IMG/VR virus record: IMGVR_UViG_3300025759_000095
Source of the DNA: a virus
Length of the DNA: 61,958 nt
Reading direction: 5' to 3' (one strand)
Under the pieces are notes generated by a model. It had not been told where the DNA came from, ran no database searches, and saw nothing but the letters and a program-made list of their open reading frames with translations. Below, piece after piece: positions 45,301 to 52,835 of this stretch. Each line of letters starts with the position of its first letter. Positions within the stretch are counted from its first letter, which is position 1. The translations under genes were made by a program, and so were the position numbers.

Positions 45301-48300
45301 CATCTAATCCTAATGTAGAATTAGAGTTGGTAGAAGGTGAAGTTATTGCAACCAATAAAAAAACAGGTAATAAAAAAACAGCAACGCCAAAATTTTTCAA
45401 TGAATACATGGATGCTATGCAATTCACAGGAGTAGATTCTAATGTGGAGACTATGGTTAATGAAGGAGAAATAGAAGGAGATCAAGCTGTTGATTTTATT
45501 ATAGAAAATAGCCAGAACCCTGTTGAAATAGCCAATCAACTTCAACAAACAGATAAAACAATAAAAGGAGATACAGAACTTGAAGCTCCATGGGAAGCTG
45601 ATTTTAGATCAAGATCAATAAAAGAAACTGATTTTGATAGATTTGGAGATCCAAACTTTAAGACACCTGTAATAAAACGTAGGTGGTTTAAAGCAGACGC
45701 TGCCGGGCTTGATGTAATAGCTCAAGAGCTTAGTCAAGATTATAATCAGGAAATCACAGAAGATATGCTGATTGAATTTATTAAAAGTAATCCTAGTAGA
45801 AAAGCACCAGCAAGAACTAGAACACAAACAAATGAGCAGAGAGTTGCGTTAGAACAAAAGTTTCAAGAGCTTACCGGATTAAAACCTACAGCCAGAAACA
45901 TTAAAGGGGTTGCAGGTAAAGATATGATTACTCAACCCAAGTCAGAAACTGAAAGACAAGCAAGAGAAATAGAAGAAATGGAAGCTGTAGAAAGAGGTGA
46001 GGTGGATACAGAACAAGAAGTTCAAGCAGAACAGCAGCTTGAAGAAGATTTAGATCCCGAAGCCCAATCAGATTCAGAATCAAGCATGGCTCCAAGTTCA
46101 AGTCAAACTATTACAAATTATATAACAAATAAAGGTCAGGCTCTTTTAGATTTCTTTGATAAAATTGGCGTGTCTAAAGACAAACTTCTAACTAAACTTT
46201 ATGATAAGTATAGACCAATAAGAAACTTACAGAAAGCTATTGAGAAAAAACTGGGTAGAAAAATGCCGGTTGATAAAAACTTTGATGTAGCAGAAGATTT
46301 AGTCTATGGTAAAATAAGAAATAAGATTGACAACTTTAATACAGAGATGTTTAATTTCTTTGATAAGATTAGTAAAAAAAATATAGACAGAGAAACACTT
46401 GATGAATATTTATATGCAAAACATGCAGTAGAAAGAAATGAGCATATTCGTAAAGCAACTGACGGAGAAAATGATGCGGGCTCTGGTATGACCGATGCTG
46501 AGGCTCAACAAATTTTAGACAAGTTTGAAAGCGAAGGGTTGACACAAGACCTGGAGCAAGCTGCCGACTTTATATATGTAAAAACTAGGGAGACATTGGA
46601 TATATTAAAGAACGAAGATTTATTATCTCAAACCGAATATGATAATTTATTAAATAATGAGTATCAAAACTACGTACCATTAACAGGCTTTGATCAGCTA
46701 GACGTAGATAGATCAAAACAAACCAACATGGGTGAGGGTGGAAGAACGCTCCCAGTTAGAGGGAAGGAAGTAAAAACAGCTACAGGTAGAAAAACAAAAG
46801 CCGCTAGTCCTCTTGCGAATATAATGAAAGCAAGAGAGCGAGCTATTATAAGGGGTGGCAAAAATAATGTACTGGTTAACCTGCTAGATATGTTGATTGA
46901 AAATCCAGATAATGATTTATATAATGTATACACCGAGGACAAACCTGATACCTATAAATCTATAAATAAAGATGGAAAGGTGGTAGACAGGGCTGTGTCA
47001 GAAAAAGACATGAAAGAAAATTTAAATTATATAAGAGTTGTTAAAGGTGGTAAGGATTATTTTATAAAATTTACTCATGATGCAATGCAGCAAGCTATAA
47101 ATGTAGGGATGCCAAACAATATACAGCAAATATCTACTTTTGCAGCAATTAATAGGGGGATACTGAACACTATGAGAAAAGTATATACAACGCTGTCTCC
47201 TGCGTTTATTGCTGTAAATTACATGAGGGATTTTCAAACCGGACTACTTAACGCTATGGCTGAATTAGACGCTCCTTTGTTTAGTAAGGATATGGGTAGG
47301 GCAGTAGGTAAAATAGCTAAAGTATCATTACAAATGCCTAAAACTATCTACGCATACAATCAAGGCAAGATGACTGACGAAAAAGGAAATTTACTTTCTG
47401 ATCAAGAACTTAAAGACAAAGGATATAATCCAGAGTATGCAAAATATTACAGAGAGTTTTTAGATAATGGAGGTCAGACAGGGTATGGTTATTCTAAAAG
47501 CATAGACCAATTAAAAGCAGATATTGATGCGGTTTCAAAACCAACTACTTTCAAAAGATTTTCAAGAGGCTTATCTTCAATTATTAATGCAGCAAATATA
47601 GCTGCAGAGAATTCTACAAGAATGGCAGCGTTTATAGAAGCAAGGCAGAGAGGGATGAGTAGCGCTGAAGCTGCTCAACTTGCAAAAAACTTAACAGTAA
47701 ACTTCAACAAAAGCGGTAGCAAAGAATTACCAAGAGCTTTGTATTTATTTTTTAATGCCAGTGTGGGCGGTACAGTTAGGTTTGCACAGGCAGTAACAAA
47801 ACTTACAAAAACCCAACCAGGTAAGGGCAGTAAGGTATTAGAATGGGCTGGTCAGAAAGATAGAGATTTCAATCCCGCTCAAAAACTAGCATTTATGCTA
47901 ACAAATTTTTCTATGATGGTAGCAATGCTAAATGGATATAACGACGAAGAAGATGAAGATGGTGTTAGCTATTATGAAAAAATACCAGACTACGTAAAAA
48001 CCCGAAACATGATTATTATGCTGCCAAATCAAAAAGGTAAGTATGTAAAAATACCTTTACCTTACGGATATAATGTGTTTCATAATATAGGAACTGCGAT
48101 TGGAGATGGAGTAACCGGCAAAAGAACAGTGGGTGAAGGCGCTAGCAATGTGGGAGTGGGAATGCTAGAAGCTTTCTCGCCTATTAGTTTTAATAAAATG
48201 TCAGATTTGAAAGGTGTGATTGCCAATTTAGCACCATCTTCTGTACGCCCTTTATATGAATTAAGTATAAATCAAAACTTTTTTGGCGGTAAAATATATA

Positions 48301-49004
48301 ATGAAGCTTATCCAGGACAGCAAATATCTAACGCGTATTTAGGTAAATACAAACCTGGGATGGTTAACGAAATTACCAAATTTTTAGCTCAAGCAGCAAA
48401 CGAAGCAACAGGTGGAAGCAAAAGAAGGTCAGGGAAAATTGATTTAAATCCTGATGCTGTTGATTATTTGATGAAACAATACCTTGGAGTTATATATGAC
48501 ATGACCACTTCTACATTAGATAGTGGGGCGCAAGCTTATGAAACCTTTATTGAAAAGAAACCTAAAAAAGAATTTGATTGGAAAGACATTCCAATCGCTG
48601 GTCAATTGGGTAAAAGATTTGTTGGTGAAAATTCTAGGTACGCAGACATATCTACTTACTATGAAAGGAAAGAATACCTAACAGCCCTTAATGAAGAATA
48701 TAAAGATATACAAAAGGGTGAGGGCGATTTTCATTTTCCTGCAAGAGTATACGGGAAAGCTGAAACTTTACTAAATATTGTAAGAGACAATGATAAAGAA
48801 TTAAAAAATTTCAGAAACTTAAAAAAAATACTTAGAGAAAAAATAGATAAAGAGGGAGGAACTCCAGAACAGTTTGAAACTATTAAAAGAATTGAAGCAG
48901 CAGAGGATAAAATAGTGGATAGCTTTAATGAAGCCTTCTTAAAACTATTTAAAAGATATTCTACAAAAAATAATCCGGTTGAGGTTAGTGAAAATAATGA
49001 GTAA
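42327..49004 (+). CDS. Giant internal virion / DNA-ejection (polyvalent-like) protein (2225 aa)
   Basis: A single 6.7-kb ORF and the last gene of the late arm, in a position analogous to T7 gp16. It contains acidic low-complexity linkers (EVQAEQQLEEDLDPEAQSDSESS) and a conserved-looking block (ENSTRMAAFIEARQRGMSSAEAAQLAKNLTVNFNKSGS). No catalytic motif recognised. Confidence 0.5.
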   Translation: MNEERLKNIWNNLTQAGLTTNDFETWNTNFQSDENVQSNIHEYLVNQDLTTSDFSTWSNNLGLKKKDESDFISEEEVTESSTQEDRIAAGQSASSVLPTPEVEQITALNVTENIVPLSDDEASKGVLSNQSSNQTNPLYQQGYYNLSDNQKNSFATAVLNGSTNPLNDMTDPQFQGLDVSNIAVGKTAVELIEENFTEDGVTLNGVFHAPGTKTYQLAESLIEDKDISIGKQIDINSATLNYVTAPNLDASEESINELITQYGADIDDSTLKRMGVDKKEYIDFVRKNYRKETGGYRFLRAIDNFGLGRFFGEENQIKANEVQRKAKREEEQYQRAMMFKKNKLESLLKDKSYLEAQLKRTEDPAEYKTLQAEIDKYDSIINTNLGQMMNLDEYFPNYKEHLSAEGTAQILKKKKVYDAARGNLVDEAGSQISEVLKESIYGIGNLGNGIINYIPELADEFFSVLGGDNKGIWAGLSQNIRDNMEDYKRGEQGQVERKLVLQGKPVEYKGELYFVDENSVVYDQKTGVEMTGIISPDDMNNIRKYASNIPESDIETETVGRAALPKVAGTVAYMYGLIRSGRIFSNKLMNLGMKGKKAGYAGMGLASYTASMTNNVQSIKDDLMKKGFTEEDALERAMVFGHTISTFDGLFAGLAGSNQKLLTGLGGVRKQLYNLVIKDPKKFNSAELKRKANDLLKENLKEVFIEEIPVYLSEKGVNYLMNEYVGSEVRDAKVKRGEIEEVMLLTVGATTGLGGKQLISSKDRAQTIDYISQNFTQEDIKKRLESLRKEGLLEESQAENVFNEIYNMNAANNQTQGTVQMAENKEPMADLLNRRRKLMEQRKGLEGPLKEDIDKKINAVDSQIELLATKDKEEVEQQYKNQENASTKPSAVAQTSPDQSTTTEEVVEGVSSEVQQPTGESETEADSDLDTTTQEEVRTDFRINDVAGRPTSISYNQGGRVVNEEVADKKAARKRINQLKFEDQGFTGVLQSSNPNVELELVEGEVIATNKKTGNKKTATPKFFNEYMDAMQFTGVDSNVETMVNEGEIEGDQAVDFIIENSQNPVEIANQLQQTDKTIKGDTELEAPWEADFRSRSIKETDFDRFGDPNFKTPVIKRRWFKADAAGLDVIAQELSQDYNQEITEDMLIEFIKSNPSRKAPARTRTQTNEQRVALEQKFQELTGLKPTARNIKGVAGKDMITQPKSETERQAREIEEMEAVERGEVDTEQEVQAEQQLEEDLDPEAQSDSESSMAPSSSQTITNYITNKGQALLDFFDKIGVSKDKLLTKLYDKYRPIRNLQKAIEKKLGRKMPVDKNFDVAEDLVYGKIRNKIDNFNTEMFNFFDKISKKNIDRETLDEYLYAKHAVERNEHIRKATDGENDAGSGMTDAEAQQILDKFESEGLTQDLEQAADFIYVKTRETLDILKNEDLLSQTEYDNLLNNEYQNYVPLTGFDQLDVDRSKQTNMGEGGRTLPVRGKEVKTATGRKTKAASPLANIMKARERAIIRGGKNNVLVNLLDMLIENPDNDLYNVYTEDKPDTYKSINKDGKVVDRAVSEKDMKENLNYIRVVKGGKDYFIKFTHDAMQQAINVGMPNNIQQISTFAAINRGILNTMRKVYTTLSPAFIAVNYMRDFQTGLLNAMAELDAPLFSKDMGRAVGKIAKVSLQMPKTIYAYNQGKMTDEKGNLLSDQELKDKGYNPEYAKYYREFLDNGGQTGYGYSKSIDQLKADIDAVSKPTTFKRFSRGLSSIINAANIAAENSTRMAAFIEARQRGMSSAEAAQLAKNLTVNFNKSGSKELPRALYLFFNASVGGTVRFAQAVTKLTKTQPGKGSKVLEWAGQKDRDFNPAQKLAFMLTNFSMMVAMLNGYNDEEDEDGVSYYEKIPDYVKTRNMIIMLPNQKGKYVKIPLPYGYNVFHNIGTAIGDGVTGKRTVGEGASNVGVGMLEAFSPISFNKMSDLKGVIANLAPSSVRPLYELSINQNFFGGKIYNEAYPGQQISNAYLGKYKPGMVNEITKFLAQAANEATGGSKRRSGKIDLNPDAVDYLMKQYLGVIYDMTTSTLDSGAQAYETFIEKKPKKEFDWKDIPIAGQLGKRFVGENSRYADISTYYERKEYLTALNEEYKDIQKGEGDFHFPARVYGKAETLLNIVRDNDKELKNFRNLKKILREKIDKEGGTPEQFETIKRIEAAEDKIVDSFNEAFLKLFKRYSTKNNPVEVSENNE

Positions 49005-50103
49005 GTCTAGCTACTTGTCCGTGCTCTAGGTGGTGAACGAATCCTTCAACAGCCTTGGGAGATCCAGTATATCCTTTTCTACTATGCCAGCTATCTGCAG
49101 ACGAAGGACTTCTTAAATACTCTACAGTTACACCTACAAAATCTTTTCCGTCTAACCATTTGTGTTTTACTTTGTGGTGCAAATGATGTAAATACCAGTA
49201 TCTTCTTTTAGCTTGTGCCCACATCATAGGTTTTTCTTGAGCCATTAATAAAGGTAGATCAGAAAGTTTAGCGCCATCGCCATGCTCTAATCCAATCAAA
49301 GAATTACCATACTGATAATACTTTCTATGGTTTACTGTTATATCAAACTTAATATCCTTAGCCTTTCTAAACCATGCTTGTAATGTATGAGCTAAATGAA
49401 AACCGGATTGATAATCATGATTACTCATACTATGCACCACGTCGACAGGCGCAATAGCTCTAAGCATTTCAATACACTTCACATATAACTTCAAAGCTAT
49501 TTCATAATGCTCCCACCACTTGCCATCCGTGTCTTGCCTTGTACCTTTGGTTGTGGTGTTATATACATTATCTACATGAAGCACGTCATTACCAATACAG
49601 AATAATATTTTATCTATGTCAAATCCAATTGATTTAGCAAGCAATCCTTTTATACCATCAATAACTCTTTCACACGCAACATCAGTATTATATTCTTCAC
49701 CAGTCTCAACTTCTTGTGCATACTTACCAATGTGTATATCAGCTGGATTTATAACTAATAAATGAGGATCCTTGCTTTTAGATCTTCTAATACTTTTATA
49801 TGTAGGCGCATGATCATGAATAAATTTATTTACATTCTTCATCATCTGACCCTCATCTAAACCATAGTCATCCTTTGTAACTATAGAAAATCTATACTCA
49901 CCTGATGCGCTCTGCCAGTGTTTTACGCTTACTACTGACTCTGGATCTATACCCCTTTCATGAAGATGTTTAGATAACTCAGAGTTTTCGTTTTCATTTA
50001 CATTTATAAATGCGTTTGATCGATATTCAAGTATCAGTTCTTCTTCTTGTGGTGAAAGACGTAGCCTTCTACCATAGGTTTTTTTATCAGATTTAGATTT
50101 CAT
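48985..50103 (-). CDS. Calcineurin-like metallophosphoesterase (372 aa) with N-terminal extension
   Basis: Ordered motifs: NPADIHIG (DxH), CIGNDVLHVDN (G(D/N)D), SMSNHDYQ (GNHD-like), GLEHGDG, YLHHLHHKV (HxH). A ~110-aa N-terminal region precedes the catalytic core. Confidence 0.7.
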   Translation of the reverse strand: MKSKSDKKTYGRRLRLSPQEEELILEYRSNAFINVNENENSELSKHLHERGIDPESVVSVKHWQSASGEYRFSIVTKDDYGLDEGQMMKNVNKFIHDHAPTYKSIRRSKSKDPHLLVINPADIHIGKYAQEVETGEEYNTDVACERVIDGIKGLLAKSIGFDIDKILFCIGNDVLHVDNVYNTTTKGTRQDTDGKWWEHYEIALKLYVKCIEMLRAIAPVDVVHSMSNHDYQSGFHLAHTLQAWFRKAKDIKFDITVNHRKYYQYGNSLIGLEHGDGAKLSDLPLLMAQEKPMMWAQAKRRYWYLHHLHHKVKHKWLDGKDFVGVTVEYLRSPSSADSWHSRKGYTGSPKAVEGFVHHLEHGQVARLTHYFH

Positions 50104-50281
50104 CCTGGTAGTTTAATTGGGTTTGTTTGAGTAGTTGAATCAAGGAGGTAATGTTGTGATCCAAGGTTATATAATCTTGATCAGCAAGTGATTCGTAAAT
50201 TTCGTCAGAGTGGTCGTGAATTTCCTCCATCAACTTATTGATGTAAGTAAAGTTAACTTTTGAAGGATTATTAAAGGTCAT
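50093..50281 (-). CDS. Hypothetical protein (62 aa)
   Basis: ORF overlapping the downstream gene start by 11 nt. Acidic helical composition. Confidence 0.45.
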   Translation of the reverse strand: MTFNNPSKVNFTYINKLMEEIHDHSDEIYESLADQDYITLDHNITSLIQLLKQTQLNYQDEI

Positions 50282-50356
50282 TTAATCTACGTCCATAATG
50301 AAACAATAGTAATTTCCCGATTTAATATGTGTTTTGCTAAGTGTTAGATATGTAAG

Positions 50357-50725
50357 TTAATAAAATAATGTGATTAAAACACAAAAAATAGAAGAATATT
50401 TTGCAAATTCTTTGATGCCGAGGTTGGTTGTAATGTAAAACTTCTCTAATTGTGTTAAATCATCGTCAGTAAAAACTGTTTTTTGTTTTATTTTAATTGT
50501 TTTTTCCGAACCATTGTCTGAAAAAAGATAAAAGGTATTATCATCACTAAGACTTGAAGACATACATATATCATAATAAGCTACGTTTTGTGTGTGATAG
50601 TCACCTATGACTCCTTTAACATAATACTCAGAGCTATTTGTTAAGGCGCATATATTTTGTATAGGCATTTTAGGATCCTCTTTATATAAATCTAATATCT
50701 TAAAACGTTTGGTTGCTTTTCTCAT
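50357..50725 (-). CDS. Hypothetical protein (122 aa)
   Basis: ORF with a possible N-terminal helix-turn-helix-like stretch (IQNICALTNSSEYYVKGVI). Not verified. Confidence 0.45.
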   Translation of the reverse strand: MRKATKRFKILDLYKEDPKMPIQNICALTNSSEYYVKGVIGDYHTQNVAYYDICMSSSLSDDNTFYLFSDNGSEKTIKIKQKTVFTDDDLTQLEKFYITTNLGIKEFAKYSSIFCVLITLFY

Positions 50726-51035
50726 AATGTAAATAGTATCCGGCGTTTATATAGTCTAAGTAATCATTTACGTCTATCTCACGGATGTTTATTAAAATTA
50801 GTGAATTTGGTAGATATTTCAAAAATTCTATCTCAAAATATAATATTTCTGATTTAATTTTTAAAGCGCCTGCAATAATTTGTTCTTGATCATCCACCTC
50901 AACTTGATTGATCATGTCTTCTAGGTATCTGGAAATAGGGATGGCTCTTTTGATTCCAAAATTTCTTATGTTTTCAATAAATAAATCTTCTACCTCAACG
51001 TTTTTCTCCTCTATATACCTCGACTGTAAACCCAT
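50700..51035 (-). CDS. Hypothetical protein (111 aa)
   Basis: ORF overlapping both neighbours, so its start is uncertain. No motif recognised. Confidence 0.45.
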   Translation of the reverse strand: MGLQSRYIEEKNVEVEDLFIENIRNFGIKRAIPISRYLEDMINQVEVDDQEQIIAGALKIKSEILYFEIEFLKYLPNSLILINIREIDVNDYLDYINAGYYLHYEKSNQTF

Positions 51036-51243
51036 AATCCTCTAATTCTTTTAGTCTATATTCTTGTAGCTTTGATATTTTGCCATTGGGTTTTTTTATT
51101 TCAGAAAAAATAACATCCGCACCATGTGGTATAGCTATCACATCGGGAATACCATTCTTATTTGTTTTAATTAATTTAATTACGTAGTAACCAGCTGACT
51201 CTAACTGCTTAATTCTCTTGGCTTGAATTTGCTGTTCAGTCAT
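50995..51243 (-). CDS. VRR-NUC domain nuclease (82 aa)
   Basis: I trimmed the track ORF to the internal start MTEQQIQAKR (ATG at 51243, 1 nt after the helicase stop). GIPDVIAIPHGADVIFSEIKKPNGKISKLQEYRLKELEDYG fits the VRR-NUC D...ExK...Q pattern, and pairing with an SNF2 helicase is typical. Confidence 0.7.
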   Translation of the reverse strand: MTEQQIQAKRIKQLESAGYYVIKLIKTNKNGIPDVIAIPHGADVIFSEIKKPNGKISKLQEYRLKELEDYGFTVEVYRGEKR

Positions 51244-51244
51244 A

Positions 51245-52480
51245 TTATAAAGATAATAAATCTCTTTTGAAATGTTGAAGTGTATAGTCTTTCTTTTTGG
51301 ATACAGCTTTGTAAATCTGATCCTCAATACCACCCTCACTAAAAACCCAGTAGATGTCGTTTTTTAATCTATCCTTGGTTGTCATCCTATCTCTTGACTG
51401 CCAATAAGATGTGGCGCTGAAGTCAATATTATAATACACTAAGCAATCAGCTTGCTTCAAACTAATACCTTCTCTTCCACTCACAATTTGTAGAGCAATA
51501 TTTTTATTTGTATTTTCAAAATCTTTGAGTTCTGTGCACAGACTATCGCCAAATTCTTCCTTTAATGCTTTTAATTCTGCAGTAAATTTATAGAAGATTC
51601 CAATCTTTTTATCCTTAAATCTTTTCTTGATAAACTTAGCTTTACTTGAATCAATTACCATAGACTTACCGCTTTCAAATTTTACTGTACCTGAATACAT
51701 TTGATGCAACTTGCTCATTAGCTTTACACCAGTGTCAGCTAAAATAACTTCATCCTTTCCTTGTATAACTAAATCTTTTTTCAATCTTTTACATAACTTG
51801 TAGGTTGATTTAAGAAGTGGTACGGTTAAAACATTCTCCTTGGTTTGTACTTTGTAACCGGCTTGCTTTTGCGTATATGATATAGTGTATGGTTTCATAG
51901 CATCTAATATAGATGTTTTACCAAATGAATAATCGTTAGTTGTGTAGCCGTGTAGATACTTAACTCTTAAGTTTACATAAATTTTGGCAAACTTATAAAA
52001 GTTAGTAAAGTTACAGAAAGGATTACTTGGATGTCCGTATACCTGATGGTACATTTGAGAATAGGATTCAGGTGTTGGTGTGCCAGATAATAAAATGTAA
52101 TAGGGTGAATTAATTTGTAATAATTCCTTTACTTGCTTTGCTCTTTTGCTGGGTTTAGGAAATGCTCCCATGCTGTGAGCTTCATCAGATATAATAACAT
52201 CCCAACCTCTTTTTTTAATTTTATGTAAACTCTCGTAATTAATAACCTGTAAGTAAAAATCAGGTGATAATAAATCGTAATCATTTTCAATAGAAGATAT
52301 GGCTTTCTTTTTAGTAATAAACAAAACGTTATTTACAGGCAGATTGTCACATATACCTAAAGACGTAAGGGTTTTACCTGTTCTCACCTCCATGGCTAAG
52401 TATAATAATTTATTTTTATACAATATATCAGTAGCTTTAGCTATAATTTCTGCTTGATATGTTCTAAATTTTATCGCCAT
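51245..52480 (-). CDS. SNF2/DEAD-like superfamily 2 helicase (411 aa)
   Basis: Motif I EVRTGKTL, motif II IISDEAHSMG (DEAH), motif III LLSGTP, plus a C-terminal helicase lobe (VSGREGISLKQADCLVYYN, QSRDRM). Confidence 0.8.
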   Translation of the reverse strand: MAIKFRTYQAEIIAKATDILYKNKLLYLAMEVRTGKTLTSLGICDNLPVNNVLFITKKKAISSIENDYDLLSPDFYLQVINYESLHKIKKRGWDVIISDEAHSMGAFPKPSKRAKQVKELLQINSPYYILLSGTPTPESYSQMYHQVYGHPSNPFCNFTNFYKFAKIYVNLRVKYLHGYTTNDYSFGKTSILDAMKPYTISYTQKQAGYKVQTKENVLTVPLLKSTYKLCKRLKKDLVIQGKDEVILADTGVKLMSKLHQMYSGTVKFESGKSMVIDSSKAKFIKKRFKDKKIGIFYKFTAELKALKEEFGDSLCTELKDFENTNKNIALQIVSGREGISLKQADCLVYYNIDFSATSYWQSRDRMTTKDRLKNDIYWVFSEGGIEDQIYKAVSKKKDYTLQHFKRDLLSL

Positions 52481-52835
52481 ATTTAGTTCTTAATTGCTTA
52501 TATACATTTTTTAAATTGAGCATTGCTTCTTTCTGAGTCTTATATAATTTTGATCCAACAATCTCGCTACTATAATATTCTGTACCATAAACATCTCTTC
52601 TAAAATCCTTACCATGAGCTGTAATACCGCCCTTACGTATGGCAATCCTGTGATCTTTATATGTCCCAGGTATTATGTATACCTGCCAATCATTATCCAC
52701 ACACCAATTAAAATCAGAAATCCAACTGGGATCTTGCCTCATCAGTAATTTGTTTTGTTTCGTCATTAAATAATATCCATCTACTTTTACTATCTCTACC
52801 TTCCTCTGGGTTAACGCCTGTGGCATACATACCAT
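52464..52835 (-). CDS. Hypothetical protein (up to 123 aa; start uncertain)
   Basis: The ORF overlaps the primase-helicase 3' end by 122 nt if the first ATG is used. Internal starts at 52766 or 52745 reduce the overlap. The 3' end overlaps the helicase start by 17 nt. Confidence 0.45.
   Translation of the reverse strand: MVCMPQALTQRKVEIVKVDGYYLMTKQNKLLMRQDPSWISDFNWCVDNDWQVYIIPGTYKDHRIAIRKGGITAHGKDFRRDVYGTEYYSSEIVGSKLYKTQKEAMLNLKNVYKQLRTKYGDKI

Noticed and set aside
941-47237. Minus-strand track ORFs nested inside plus-strand genes: 941..1306, 2273..2458, 4224..4412, 4910..5236, 5615..5926, 6872..7072, 7100..7600, 10826..11068, 12284..12589, 12438..12629, 12705..12890, 15064..15420, 15617..15802, 17230..17418, 17521..17847, 19107..19409, 19575..19817, 21051..21284, 21623..21811, 22080..22274, 25178..25372, 26602..26802, 28675..28869, 28766..28963, 29111..29326, 31063..31248, 34709..34984, 36029..36214, 41964..42191, 42464..42712, 44925..45260, 45321..45548, 45615..45827, 46694..46942 and 47022..47237
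   Set aside because: Each lies wholly inside a longer, motif-supported or well-packed gene on the other strand. Their translations are low-complexity or hydrophobic shadow-frame products (Leu/Ser/Pro/Phe-rich). They break the otherwise gap-free same-strand gene packing.
42327-49004. A giant virion-packaged RNA polymerase of the crAss-like type (comparable size, Bacteroidota host)
   Set aside because: I found no DxDGD-type catalytic loop in the 2225-aa sequence; the nearest string is EDEDGV. The genome carries host-type promoter boxes, and its size and gene order do not match crAss-like phages. The idea remains testable by profile search.
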